Shown here: one piece after another, positions 48,897 to 59,292 of the stretch | Layout of the letters: each line of letters begins with the position of its first letter | How positions within the stretch are numbered: position 1 is the first letter of the stretch | Assembly (NCBI GenBank): GCA_964445355.1 | Contig: CAYUKQ010000004.1 | Coordinates: 1,028 to 65,027, forward strand | DNA length: 64,000 bases | Source: an uncultured Gammaproteobacteria bacterium | GTDB taxonomy: Bacteria > Patescibacteriota > Microgenomatia > CAYQLK01 | Reading direction: 5' to 3' | Program-made: the position numbers and the translations under genes | The notes under the pieces: model-generated | Told to the model about the DNA's origin: nothing | The model's database searches: none | The model's input: only the letters and a program-made list of their open reading frames with translations

Positions 48897-50759
48897 TTAC
48901 TGAATTATTTCCTGTGTGGCAGAAATTGGTTGCGAGTTGGTCTGATCTGTATCGGTTTGTGTAGTGCCGTCTATTTGGTTGGCAAGAATATCCTTAGGAT
49001 TGGACGTGACAAGCTTGTCTTCGTTTGGTGAGGCAATAACGCGCATTGCCACGTGTGAGCTACCGGCGAAAAACAATCCTTCACCAACGTCGGCACCGAG
49101 CAATAGGTGTTTTTCCCCATCAGTTAGGTAAAAGACTTCTGCAAGCTTGTCGATTGCCGCCGCAGACTGTTTGAGTAGTATTTGAATACTTGAGTTGGTA
49201 ACAATCGCCTTTCCGTATTCAGTACTGAGGAAGTCTTCGACATCCTGAGTAATGGTTGTTAATCCAAGGTAGTATTTGCGTGCACGCTTGGCGATCGAAT
49301 ACATAAAACTCGCGGAATCCGGATATTGCATCATGTACCAAGCCTCGTCGACGATGAGAATGCGTCGTTTTAGGTCTCTTTTTACTCTGGTCCAGATAAA
49401 ATCAAGAATAATGTACATGGCGATTGGGCGAAGTTCGGCTTCGAGGTTTTTGATCCCAAATACAGTAAAAGTATTACGTAGGTCCATATTAGAATATTGG
49501 TCAAAAATTCCAACCAAAGATCCTTTGACAAATTTTTCAATTCTTTCTGCAAGTGTTTTGGCTTGTGGTTCTTCCATGCCGATTAATACTTTGTATAAGT
49601 CTTCCATTAGCGGAGGTTGAAGTGTTTGTGTTTGAGGACTGTCAGCAACGATACCTTTGTTTTTGTAGGTTTGGACAAGTGCCCGATCCAGGATTGCGTC
49701 TTCGGTGGCGGATAGCTGTCCCATAATGACGCGGAATAAGCCGTGCAGTGAGAGGATTTTGAGTCCTAGTTCGTTTTCTTCTTCGTACGTTCCTGAGAGG
49801 TCGAAGGGGTTGATCTTGGTGTCGGACTTGAAATCGAAACTGATATATTCTCCGCCGATGGCGTTGCAGAGATTTTTGTACTCTTCTTCAGGGTCAATAA
49901 TGATGATTTCTGTGCCGAACATTAAATATCTTAAAGCTTCGAGTTTGGTCATGTAGGATTTTCCACCTCCGGATTTGGCAAAAACGACGGTGTTAGCGTT
50001 TTCTAGACTGAAACGATCAAAGATGATGAGTGAACCGTTGTGTTCATTAAGTCCATACATGATCCCCTCGTTGCTGGTTAAAGAGCTTGAAGTGAAAGGA
50101 AAGGTTGTTGCCAGTGAGGTGGTATCCATGTTGCGAGTAACAAGTAGTTTGTCGTGACCGTAAGGCAGGGTTGTTTTGAAGCCATCTTCCTGTTGTAGTG
50201 TGGCGTGTTTGGAGATAACTAAAATAGAACCTAACAGACTCTCAACCTGTTTAGTAATATTTACCAATTCCTCTTTGGTTTCTGCAGGGATGGTGATGTA
50301 GAGTCCAAATTGGAAGAATTTTTCTGCACCTTTGGCGATATTCTGCTGGAAGGTTCGAGCGTCATCAAGTGTAACCTCAAGGTTTGGGTCAATGATCTTG
50401 CCGCGCTGGACGTCCGTGGAGATCGTGGCTTCCATTTCGCCGATTTTGCGCTTCATGTCCTGAAGAACGGCTTGTGCGTCAACCGGATAGTGAAACATTG
50501 ATATTTCGAGTGTGTGGTTGAAATTGATTAATGGAGAGAGCCAGTTGGCGCCGACATAGCGCGGATAGCCAATTATAAAGAGTGTTTTGAAGTATGTTTC
50601 ACCAATTTTGATGAAGTCAAAGTCGACTTCAATGGCTGGTGGTGCAATGATATCGCGAACAGAAACCGTACCTTGCGCGACAGCTTTGGCTTGTGCTGAG
50701 ACTAATTCGGGAGCATTTTGAGGTGATTGGTTGGGATTTTTTTTGCCGAATAGTTTCAT
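48897..50759 (-). CDS. VirB4/TrsE/PrgJ-family type IV secretion ATPase
   Basis: KIGETYFKTLFIIGYPRYV...WLSPLINFNHTLEISMF is VirB4 N-region-like. Walker A (FAKSGGGKSY) and Walker B (ILIVDEAW) are present. Confidence 0.8.
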   Translation of the reverse strand: MKLFGKKNPNQSPQNAPELVSAQAKAVAQGTVSVRDIIAPPAIEVDFDFIKIGETYFKTLFIIGYPRYVGANWLSPLINFNHTLEISMFHYPVDAQAVLQDMKRKIGEMEATISTDVQRGKIIDPNLEVTLDDARTFQQNIAKGAEKFFQFGLYITIPAETKEELVNITKQVESLLGSILVISKHATLQQEDGFKTTLPYGHDKLLVTRNMDTTSLATTFPFTSSSLTSNEGIMYGLNEHNGSLIIFDRFSLENANTVVFAKSGGGKSYMTKLEALRYLMFGTEIIIIDPEEEYKNLCNAIGGEYISFDFKSDTKINPFDLSGTYEEENELGLKILSLHGLFRVIMGQLSATEDAILDRALVQTYKNKGIVADSPQTQTLQPPLMEDLYKVLIGMEEPQAKTLAERIEKFVKGSLVGIFDQYSNMDLRNTFTVFGIKNLEAELRPIAMYIILDFIWTRVKRDLKRRILIVDEAWYMMQYPDSASFMYSIAKRARKYYLGLTTITQDVEDFLSTEYGKAIVTNSSIQILLKQSAAAIDKLAEVFYLTDGEKHLLLGADVGEGLFFAGSSHVAMRVIASPNEDKLVTSNPKDILANQIDGTTQTDTDQTNSQPISATQEIIQ

Positions 50760-50766
50760 AGTTTGT

Positions 50767-51765
50767 TTAGCTTGTCGGAGATTTTAAGGCGTCTAAGGCT
50801 TTTAGAATATCAGGATCGATTGTTTCATTAGAGCTGGATGTGGGTGGTGTCTGACTAATAGCTGTGTTGCTGGTCGGTACTTGTTGGGGTGCCAAGTTGA
50901 AGGTTGATTGGTTGGCTATTGGTGAGTAGATTGTTTGGGTCGGTTCGGTTGGAGCCTGGTTGATTTGGGTAGTTTGAGGTTGTACTGGGGGGATATTTTG
51001 TATTGCCGGTTGTGGCTGATCAACAATTGGTTGTGCTGGGATGGTTGGGTTTTGGGTAATGGCAGCAGGTTGTGTAGGAAGTTCTTCGATCGGAGCTGAG
51101 ACTGCAGGCGTGACGATTGGTGTGGTGTAAGAGCCGGCCGCCTCGGTAATTTTTTGCAGACCGACCTCGCTAGGATTATAAATGTCGAAATACAATTCGA
51201 TAAGCTCTTGGGTGGTAAGCTGAAGTGTTTTGATGCCGAGTCTGCCAAATTGTTGGAATAAATGATCGCGTTTGGGATAGAGGTTGGTTTTGACGGTTTC
51301 GATATAAGTTTGCATATGGTTGCTGTCACGCTGGATGTTGCCGAGTGCGGCTCCTTTTACTCCGAGTTCAAGCGGATTAAATGGGATAATGACATAAAAT
51401 TTTTTTTCCAAAACGTTGTTTTGTTTAACAATTCCCTGGATGAACTGTAAGTATTCGTAAATTTGGCGTTTAATGTCTGGGTTGGCCTGGTGCGCTTCGG
51501 CTTGAGTAATAAGTTGGATGTAGGCGCTAAGATCGATTTTTTTGCTACGAATAACAATTTGTGTGGTGAAGTTTAGCGAGTTAAGCAGTCCCGCGTAAGA
51601 ATAAATAATCGAGTCCTGCTCATCGACCGAGAGTAGTTGAAAGTTGACGGCTGCGGTTTGGATGACGATGGCTGCTGAATTGTCCTTCAGAATTACAACA
51701 TCATCGCGAATATCAACAATCTCTAGATGTTCCTGGGTTGATGATTTAATCGGGGCAGATTTCAT
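50767..51765 (-). CDS. VirB4 N-terminal-domain-like protein with a P/Q/T-rich tail (possible split VirB4 partner)
   Basis: HLEIVDIRDDVVILKDNSAAIVIQTAAVNFQLLSVDEQ resembles the extreme N-terminus of Gram-positive VirB4/TraE proteins. Only 7 nt separate it from the ATPase gene. Confidence 0.45.
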   Translation of the reverse strand: MKSAPIKSSTQEHLEIVDIRDDVVILKDNSAAIVIQTAAVNFQLLSVDEQDSIIYSYAGLLNSLNFTTQIVIRSKKIDLSAYIQLITQAEAHQANPDIKRQIYEYLQFIQGIVKQNNVLEKKFYVIIPFNPLELGVKGAALGNIQRDSNHMQTYIETVKTNLYPKRDHLFQQFGRLGIKTLQLTTQELIELYFDIYNPSEVGLQKITEAAGSYTTPIVTPAVSAPIEELPTQPAAITQNPTIPAQPIVDQPQPAIQNIPPVQPQTTQINQAPTEPTQTIYSPIANQSTFNLAPQQVPTSNTAISQTPPTSSSNETIDPDILKALDALKSPTS

Positions 51766-51767
51766 GA

Positions 51768-53768
51768 TTAGGATGGTAAGTTTTTAGCTTTTATGGCAAA
51801 CGGATCGAGAAGTTTACCATGTGTTTCGAAGGCAATTGTATCAAAGTTTAGGCCTTCGAAATCGGTCTGAATTGTGTAGGTACCGTTGGGGAGCGGGGTG
51901 ACAGAGATAAATTGACCCAGGCCGTTGGTCTTGAATGCCCGAACAGGTTTGCCGGTGTGATCATAAACAGAAATCAGTGCGCCTTCGACCAGTCCGCCGT
52001 GATTGTCGTAGACAACACCATTGGGGGTGTTGGGGTGTTCGGAAAGATTGATTTTGACTTCGGCTTTGGGTGCTTGCTGGGCTTGGTTTTTTTGGTAGTT
52101 AAAAGGCTGAACGATACTGGCGTGCTTAGGGGCGGGATTGGAATCGGTTTGTACAGGAGCGGTTTGGGGTTGATCTTTGGGTTTTTCGACTAAATTTGGA
52201 CTTGGGGGGGCGATGAAATCCTTTGATGATTTTTGTTCAACCCGACCGGCTTTTAAGGGTTCAAAATCTTTAACTTTTTTGATTTGTTCAATAGCTATTC
52301 CCCCAGCGACCTTGATCGGTTGAATTGAAGGTGCAGTTTGGGGTTCGGTTTGCTCGAAGCGTTTTTTTAGTTCGCTGCTTACGTCGAATTGTCTCTCTCC
52401 TAGGATCGGTAGACGCGGTTTGGAGAAGTCGGGTGGACGATTTTTTAGTTTGCGAATCCTGGTATCGCCAATTCCTTGAAGGAATTGGAGCTCTCGACCA
52501 GGAATCATAATGACATTGTCACCAAAGTTAATATCGGAGGCGATTTGAGCTGAGATCGAAATTTGGCTATTAAGAGCAGAAAAATTGCTGGAGGGGTGCG
52601 GAGAAACGGTTGTTTTTTTGCCGAGGTTGGGGAGTAGGTGTTTTTGAAAAAGATCGGGAGTTGAGGTGTTGATACTTGATTCGGAGAGGTCTTTGTTTTT
52701 TTTGAATTCTTCCCAAGCTTGGGAAAATTTCTGCTGTTCTTGCTCGATACTGGCTTGTTGTTTAAGTATTTCAGCTTCTTTGGTTTTGATTTCTTCCTCA
52801 ATTTTTTTCTGAGCTTGTAGAACTTGGTCTAGTTCAGCAAGTTTTTGTTTGGAATCTTCGATCGTTTTGGCCCCATGCTGATTCGGGGCAGTGTTAGCGT
52901 GTTGGCTGTAGGGTAAGATTTTGGTATCAATATTAGGATTTTGCTGTGGTGACACACTGACGGTTGTGTTTTCGGGTCTTTTACTGATTATGATTTGAGG
53001 AGGAGTGGTCGGGTTTTTGTCAGATAATTGCTTGCTGAGCAGATCTAATTTTTTCTGTTTTTCTTCTTCGAGTTTTATCTTGGTTGTTTCAAGCTCTTTT
53101 TGTTTTTGGATCAAGGCTAATTCTTGCGCCTTAATCTCTTCAGCTTTGGCTTGAAGCTGAGACGATTTTGGTGCAGCTTGAATCGTGGCGTGTTTCTCCT
53201 TGATAGGGGCTTGGTAGGGGGAATAGGGGTTGAGTTGGTTGGCAAGTTGGTTTTGGGGCGGGATAGAAGACAATGGTGCGATAGTGGAGGCAAGATTACT
53301 GATTTCGGTTAGGTATTGGTTCTCTTGTTGGTCGAGAGAGTTGGTCGATTGAGTATGCGATTGTTTCGATAACAGTGTTTGTAAATCAGCGCGACTGAGT
53401 CGATTACCGGATAGTGTTTGTATGGCCGGATTAACAGGCGCGGGTTTTAGGAAATTAGCTTCAAGAAAGTAAGGAACGTGATTATCCTTGATCCAAATTC
53501 TCTGTGTAGGTCTGCTGATTGATCGGATAAAAGCTACGATCCATTTGTCTAGCGGTCTGCCCTGCAGTGGTACGGCGGCAAAAGTTATTCCGCCGATTAC
53601 AAAGATAGCGGCTATTGGGTAAGCGACGGTTTTTGGAAGAGGTGAAAAGTAGAAAATTGCAGCAATAATTCCTCCAAAAGCAACATAAATGAATTGGCGA
53701 ATGGTAAATGGCCCAAAAAGTTTGAACTCAAAAGTGGTTATATTTTGCGGTACGGCATGCTCTTCCAT
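51768..53768 (-). CDS. PrgI/VirB3-like two-TM N-terminus fused to a coiled-coil/low-complexity region and a C-terminal beta-sandwich domain
   Basis: TEFKLFGPFTIRQFIYVAFGGIIAAIFYF is PrgI-family-like. The middle is a Q/K/E-rich coiled coil and the C-terminus is prealbumin-like (GTYTIQTDFEG). Confidence 0.55.
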   Translation of the reverse strand: MEEHAVPQNITTFEFKLFGPFTIRQFIYVAFGGIIAAIFYFSPLPKTVAYPIAAIFVIGGITFAAVPLQGRPLDKWIVAFIRSISRPTQRIWIKDNHVPYFLEANFLKPAPVNPAIQTLSGNRLSRADLQTLLSKQSHTQSTNSLDQQENQYLTEISNLASTIAPLSSIPPQNQLANQLNPYSPYQAPIKEKHATIQAAPKSSQLQAKAEEIKAQELALIQKQKELETTKIKLEEEKQKKLDLLSKQLSDKNPTTPPQIIISKRPENTTVSVSPQQNPNIDTKILPYSQHANTAPNQHGAKTIEDSKQKLAELDQVLQAQKKIEEEIKTKEAEILKQQASIEQEQQKFSQAWEEFKKNKDLSESSINTSTPDLFQKHLLPNLGKKTTVSPHPSSNFSALNSQISISAQIASDINFGDNVIMIPGRELQFLQGIGDTRIRKLKNRPPDFSKPRLPILGERQFDVSSELKKRFEQTEPQTAPSIQPIKVAGGIAIEQIKKVKDFEPLKAGRVEQKSSKDFIAPPSPNLVEKPKDQPQTAPVQTDSNPAPKHASIVQPFNYQKNQAQQAPKAEVKINLSEHPNTPNGVVYDNHGGLVEGALISVYDHTGKPVRAFKTNGLGQFISVTPLPNGTYTIQTDFEGLNFDTIAFETHGKLLDPFAIKAKNLPS

Positions 53769-54028
53769 GGTTATGGATTTTTAAGATTTTGCCTGCAAAA
53801 TTGTATGTTTGAGGTATTAAAAGTAGGGCAGGCTTATCTGGTTTTGGATTGTAGCAGAAAAAAATATAGGTTGCAGTGAAAAAAAGTGCGTGAAATTTTT
53901 GAGGCTAAATTAAATTGAATTTATTCGGCTAAATACTAATTTTTTGTGTCATGATAACGAAGCTAAATAAAATAACTATGGGATTACTAATTAAGGCTAA
54001 TAATGATATAATGGGGTATAGTTAATTT

Positions 54029-56311
54029 ATGCCAGACACAGAGCGACATACAATTAGTCTAGAAGACCAGGCGAGGGTTGAAAATCAACCCTTGGCGAGT
54101 ACGCAAGCCGAGGCTCAATTGTTTGAAATTATCGATAGAACCATGGGGGTTGAGCCGCAGAATTCGGCGCAAACTGAGTACATAGAACAGGTTGGTTATA
54201 TACGAGAATTGAACGCGCTTGAGTCAGAACTGGCTGGTGTACCTCAAGAACAAGTGGAATTGCGAAGGCAACTTGAGGCCAGGAGAAATGAATTGCGGAC
54301 AAATCTTGAGGTAATGGTTAGGACGGAAAAGGACAAGGAAAGATATGTTGATGTGAGTTTGAGGCTGTTTACGAGGCTTCAAACACAAAAAGAAACAGCT
54401 TTGCTTACTGTTAAAACATTTACCGGATTGAGACCTAATGCTAATGAAATTATGGGGCCGATCAATGGTTTTCGAGACAGGATTGAGTCCTTAAGAAAAG
54501 AAGGTGATCCAGGTTCTCAAGAACGAAAAGATGCGGAACTAAAAGCTGCAGCTTTGGAGTATGAGTTCAGTAAAGTCAGAGCGGAGGTTGAAGAGGCAAT
54601 TAAGAATTATAATCCCGTAAGGTCGTTGAGGTTGAATGCTTTGACGGAATTAGAATTAGCGGAAGATCAGCGTGTGGCTAGGGACAATCCGCAGATCAGA
54701 GAATTGTTAAAAATTCTTAACGATCCTGAGCTGAGCCAGAGATTTGGTAAAGAAGTGGAAGATTTTAGAGATGAATATAACGCTTTGGTGCGAATTCACA
54801 ATTTTGCGGTTGCGGGGAGAGGTAAGGGGGCGGTTGAAATTACTACTGCTTTGGGTGAGTTAGATCAGGCTGCGCTGGTAGAGCTATTTGGGGCAGATGA
54901 ATTGAGACAGGATATTATTGGTGCGTATATTGTTGATCGGAATGTTTTTTCAAGATTAGACGGTTTGATTTTGAATCAAGATGAGGCAGAAGCTGTTCTT
55001 GAGGAGACTACAGTGTTAGGGAACAACAAGCGAACTTTTGTGCGGACTAGTGTGCCTGATCCGAATAATCCCGACAGAGAGATTGATTTGGAGACACTGT
55101 ATCGAACCACAAGCTCGGAAGCTGAAAAGAAAGCATTAATAGATAGATACGCAGATAAACTAACAGGTGGATATAAGACAAAAAAGGCCTGGGAAAAGAA
55201 GTATGTTGATGATGTGTTGAGTGCGGAATTTTTTACAGAGGAACAGAAGAGTGATTTTAGAAGGCGTGAGGGTATCGATGAGAGTGTGGCTGATGCTGGA
55301 TTAATTGCAATGATTGAGGCTAGTTATGAGTACAAGTCCAGAAAAATAATTTTAGGACAGCATTTGGATAATATGGTTGGTTTTTTAGAAACGACCGTCG
55401 CTCCAATGGCTATTAAGCCGATTAAAGTTAAAACGCTCGAACCCTTGAAGAATGGGGGTACAGAGGCTTATATATTCGCCGGCAAGTATAAGGATAATCC
55501 TTTGGTTAAAGCCAGATATCCGCAGGATGTGCTTGAGTCGGGCGGTAAGGTGAATTCGAGAATTATCGATATAACAAACCCAATATTTGATAAAGGGTTT
55601 TATAAATACACCGATCCAGGATTTAAGTTGATGACGGAGATTTTTAAAATGGAAGAACCAACTGTTGACCAGGGGCAGGATAAGGTTGTGGCTTGGCTGG
55701 ACGGTTTTAAGTCTGCCGATGTGTTGAGTAGGATTCGAGAGAATCCTGAAATAGTGAATAAATTAAAAGACGATGTTTATAAAGATGCGGTTACGGTGCA
55801 ATCGTCGGAGATGTATGACAAGTTCGAAGCTTTTCAGAGAGAACCCAGTGAAGAGTCGGCAAAGGCGCTGATGGCGAGTTATTTTTCTAAAACCCCTGAG
55901 GATCGGCGCAGTTTTAATATGGATGTAATTGAGGCACTACTGAAGTACAAAATGAAGATTAATGGTATTTATGCCTTTAAGGATTTCAATGAGCGAGGAA
56001 ATTGGGGAGCAAGAAGGGCCGAAGATTATATTAAGAAAGCCAGGGAAGCGGGGCTAATCGGGTTAAGGGAAGAAAATGAGTTGATGCGACGAATTTTTAC
56101 GGGAGCTTCACTGCCAATTGGTTTTGGTAGGAGAATTCAGATTACTCCAGGAGGGCGGTTCGGTAAGGAAGTTTTTAGTAAACCTTTGGAGTTTGCTGGG
56201 GCATATACGAAGGAAGTTTTTGGGATTAAAAATATTATGAGTACAGGAAAGAGTTGGCTCAAGACTTTGTTTAATGAAAGTGTGTCCCAGATCAAGTCTG
56301 ATTTGAAATAA
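54029..56311 (+). CDS. large soluble charged protein of unknown function, on the opposite strand inside the T4SS-like block
   Basis: 760 aa with no TM or signal peptide. No family recognised. Confidence 0.4.
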   Translation: MPDTERHTISLEDQARVENQPLASTQAEAQLFEIIDRTMGVEPQNSAQTEYIEQVGYIRELNALESELAGVPQEQVELRRQLEARRNELRTNLEVMVRTEKDKERYVDVSLRLFTRLQTQKETALLTVKTFTGLRPNANEIMGPINGFRDRIESLRKEGDPGSQERKDAELKAAALEYEFSKVRAEVEEAIKNYNPVRSLRLNALTELELAEDQRVARDNPQIRELLKILNDPELSQRFGKEVEDFRDEYNALVRIHNFAVAGRGKGAVEITTALGELDQAALVELFGADELRQDIIGAYIVDRNVFSRLDGLILNQDEAEAVLEETTVLGNNKRTFVRTSVPDPNNPDREIDLETLYRTTSSEAEKKALIDRYADKLTGGYKTKKAWEKKYVDDVLSAEFFTEEQKSDFRRREGIDESVADAGLIAMIEASYEYKSRKIILGQHLDNMVGFLETTVAPMAIKPIKVKTLEPLKNGGTEAYIFAGKYKDNPLVKARYPQDVLESGGKVNSRIIDITNPIFDKGFYKYTDPGFKLMTEIFKMEEPTVDQGQDKVVAWLDGFKSADVLSRIRENPEIVNKLKDDVYKDAVTVQSSEMYDKFEAFQREPSEESAKALMASYFSKTPEDRRSFNMDVIEALLKYKMKINGIYAFKDFNERGNWGARRAEDYIKKAREAGLIGLREENELMRRIFTGASLPIGFGRRIQITPGGRFGKEVFSKPLEFAGAYTKEVFGIKNIMSTGKSWLKTLFNESVSQIKSDLK

Positions 56312-56335
56312 CTCCAAAAAGATTAAATTATTTCC

Positions 56336-58045
56336 TTATCTTCGATTTTCGTATGGGTTAGCGGTACGGTTGTTTTGCTGGGCGGCTCTTTGTGGGGTCG
56401 TGGTTGGTCCGGCTGGCCCCGGCCTACCTGGAGTGATCGGACTTGAAGCTCCTTCCTGACGGGACAGTCGGTCATATCTGCGCTGAGCACTCCATGGGTT
56501 GAAGGTATTGTTGAGTTTTTCCTGTCCAAAATCATTTACTCTGGTTTTGGCGCGACTAGCAGCACCATTGAAAGGTTGTCTGGCCATTCCCCATCCTGCG
56601 CCAGCGACGGCGCCAGCAGCACCGCCAATTGTTCCGCCAAGTCCACCGCCTTTGACTTTGAAGGCGTCTTGAGCGATCTTGGCTGCTGAAGGGATACCTA
56701 AGAGGATGCCAATACCAATAAGCGACTTAAGTGCGTTAGCGCCGTCTTCGTCAGTGAAGCCGCCCAGAAGTGGGGCATTCCAACCGTCGCCTTCAGTAAT
56801 TGTGGCTTCACCGGAGGTAATGCGGTCTTTGCCAACACCCATAAAATATGCAGCAAAAATAATCATCAGAATTGTAATAACAAAGGTAGCAAGTTGAGCG
56901 GCGATGTTGCGGATCCATGGACCAAAACCCGGCATGTTTGGCAGTACGCCGATACCGATCATGAGTGGACCAAAGATGGTGTAGAAAAAGACTTTTACGT
57001 AAGCGATCAGAAGCATGAAGAAGATACGGAAGGTTGCAACCAGCATCATAATGCCGATGACGGCGACGGCGAGCGCAGAAAGAATTTTGGAACTGAATTT
57101 TTCGATCAAGTCTGGCAAGCCGAATTGATCGATCGCTCCGCTGATAATGTCATCATTACTATTAAATATCCCGGAAATGTTTTTCAAAAAGAGATCTTTG
57201 AGCATAAAAGTAAAGACATTTCCTTCGTAATAAATATGATTAGAGTCGGCTTTGGCTACATTTTCGCTAGAGAGGATTTGGATCATGATGGCGATAAAAA
57301 AATTCATAAGATCGATCATTAGACCGACGATGGCATAGCTGAAGGTAATTAGAATTAAGCTAATAATGATTTTCGGAAGGACGGCTTGGATCGAAGCAAC
57401 GGAATTTGAGTTAAGGCGTTGTCTAAAAATGATCATGAAACCAATAATGATGAAAAAGATGACGTATAGAAGTAGGGTAAGGTTGCGAAAAGTGGTCCAA
57501 AGCGCTTGAGTTGGTTTCAGTCCGTCGTAGCCGCTTTGGGCGGCTAAAGTTTCTCCGGTGATTTTGGATTTGATATCCGCAATATATTGAACCCCAGAGG
57601 CTGGTTCTTCGGTATAAAGCAGAGAAATACTTTTCATTAAAAACGGTATTGCGGCGGCAGGTTGACAGTCGGTGGCGCCTGAGTTGATACATTCAAGTTC
57701 TTCATCGGTAGCCGGCAAGCCAGTGATTTGGCGGTTAATGCCGTAAGCGAGGTTATCCATTAGTCCGAGATTGAATTTTTGAAGGTTTACATCCTCTTCA
57801 TCAAGGGCATTTTTGTACTGACAGATAGATTGTTGGTAGGGCTGGACGGTTTTACCTACGCCCTGTTGGGGGTTTGAGATCGCGGAGCTGTCTGGACCGG
57901 CTGGAGCTGCGGATCCGGAGTCGGTTTCACATTCAAAAGGATCTTCTACTTGGGCTTGGGCGTTTTTGAGGCTGAAAAAGACGGTAAAAAGGGTGAATAT
58001 TGCAATGGTGGACAGGACAAGCTTAAGTCGCATTAGTTTAGGCAA
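56336..58045 (-). CDS. VirB6/TrbL-like polytopic type IV secretion channel protein
   Basis: Signal peptide, about 6 TM helices and a C-terminal Gly/Pro-rich tail, next to VirB4-like genes. Confidence 0.55.
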   Translation of the reverse strand: MPKLMRLKLVLSTIAIFTLFTVFFSLKNAQAQVEDPFECETDSGSAAPAGPDSSAISNPQQGVGKTVQPYQQSICQYKNALDEEDVNLQKFNLGLMDNLAYGINRQITGLPATDEELECINSGATDCQPAAAIPFLMKSISLLYTEEPASGVQYIADIKSKITGETLAAQSGYDGLKPTQALWTTFRNLTLLLYVIFFIIIGFMIIFRQRLNSNSVASIQAVLPKIIISLILITFSYAIVGLMIDLMNFFIAIMIQILSSENVAKADSNHIYYEGNVFTFMLKDLFLKNISGIFNSNDDIISGAIDQFGLPDLIEKFSSKILSALAVAVIGIMMLVATFRIFFMLLIAYVKVFFYTIFGPLMIGIGVLPNMPGFGPWIRNIAAQLATFVITILMIIFAAYFMGVGKDRITSGEATITEGDGWNAPLLGGFTDEDGANALKSLIGIGILLGIPSAAKIAQDAFKVKGGGLGGTIGGAAGAVAGAGWGMARQPFNGAASRAKTRVNDFGQEKLNNTFNPWSAQRRYDRLSRQEGASSPITPGRPGPAGPTTTPQRAAQQNNRTANPYENRR

Positions 58046-58088
58046 GTATAGTTAGTATTTTATGCTTAATTAGTACTGATTTGCAAAA

Positions 58089-59273
58089 CTATTCCTTGCG
58101 AACCTCAATATCTCGTGGGGTGATTGTGCGCAGAATAATTTCTTTGGCTGTTTGAACACCACCTAGATATCCGGCCCAAACCTGATTGCTGGAGCCAAAA
58201 CCTTTAAGTCTGGTTGAGGCAGTGTCGGAAAATTCGCCTGAATTATGCTGGTTCCAGAAGTCCCCAGGACCAAATAATCTTAGACCGCCTGATTTTTTGC
58301 GAACAAGCGACTTCCATACAACATCAACGTAAGGAATTCGTGAGGAAATAAGTGAGCCGTTTTTGGTGAACTGTACAGATTCAGCAGCAGAGCCGGAGGC
58401 AGTGTAGAGGATAATATATTCCTCTCCCGGACCTTCACGACCTTCAGGTTTGGCAGGATCGGGGTTGAAATCTTTGGATTCTTTGACCAGGTCGTTAGGT
58501 GTAGTGACTTGCTGTAGTATCTGTGAAAGTGCAGCAAGTCTCGCAACTGAAGGTACGCCAATCAATAGATCCCTGCCTGGCTGACAAGACTCCGATTTGT
58601 CTTGATTGTCCGAGGTTGAAGAGATACAACCACGAGATGTCCAGTTGGTGACCAGAGGAAATTTTGCCCAGTACCTTCCCCATGTTTGATTCCAGGTTTC
58701 GTTTGATACTCCACCCTCAAGTCCCGGAGGTTGGGGTTTGCCCCAGGCGTCATAAAGATCTTTGATCGTTCGATAGTGTTGTCCGCAGTAGTCACCGTAT
58801 TCAGCAGCAGCTTCTTCGAGTTTGGTTGTGCCGTTTTTGGAAAGCTGATAAATAGTTTCAACGTATTTTTGTCTTAATAGATCGATGTTATTTTTGGGAA
58901 GGACTTTGATGAGTGGGCCGTTAAAATTGTTAAGCTCGTTGTTGGTGAGTTTTGAGAGGTCGGTTTTGCGATGTGAGTCGGTTTGAAACTTGCCTTCTAG
59001 ATAATTAGCCATTGAGCGCGCAAAAGGCAGAACAGGCTTATTGACTACAGCAGATACCCCCGAGGCGTTGACGACTGCACGTGGAGGCTGGTAGTCGTTT
59101 TCTGATTTGTTTTCGAGCTCATTCCAGCTAGGTATTTGATAAGTTGGGTTAGTACTATCCGGTGGCGCAGGTTGAGTACAAATTTTTGGTGGTGCCGCAA
59201 AAGTGTTTTTTGGAAGGAAAAAGAGTGTACTAGTTAAGCTTAGACAAAGACTTAGGCAGAAAAGTTTTTTCAT
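58089..59273 (-). CDS. secreted Cys-containing protein (hypothetical T4SS-associated)
   Basis: Signal peptide (LTSTLFFLPKNTFA) and several Cys residues. No family recognised. Confidence 0.4.
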   Translation of the reverse strand: MKKLFCLSLCLSLTSTLFFLPKNTFAAPPKICTQPAPPDSTNPTYQIPSWNELENKSENDYQPPRAVVNASGVSAVVNKPVLPFARSMANYLEGKFQTDSHRKTDLSKLTNNELNNFNGPLIKVLPKNNIDLLRQKYVETIYQLSKNGTTKLEEAAAEYGDYCGQHYRTIKDLYDAWGKPQPPGLEGGVSNETWNQTWGRYWAKFPLVTNWTSRGCISSTSDNQDKSESCQPGRDLLIGVPSVARLAALSQILQQVTTPNDLVKESKDFNPDPAKPEGREGPGEEYIILYTASGSAAESVQFTKNGSLISSRIPYVDVVWKSLVRKKSGGLRLFGPGDFWNQHNSGEFSDTASTRLKGFGSSNQVWAGYLGGVQTAKEIILRTITPRDIEVRKE

Positions 59274-59292
59274 TAAAATTCGTCACAAGGTT

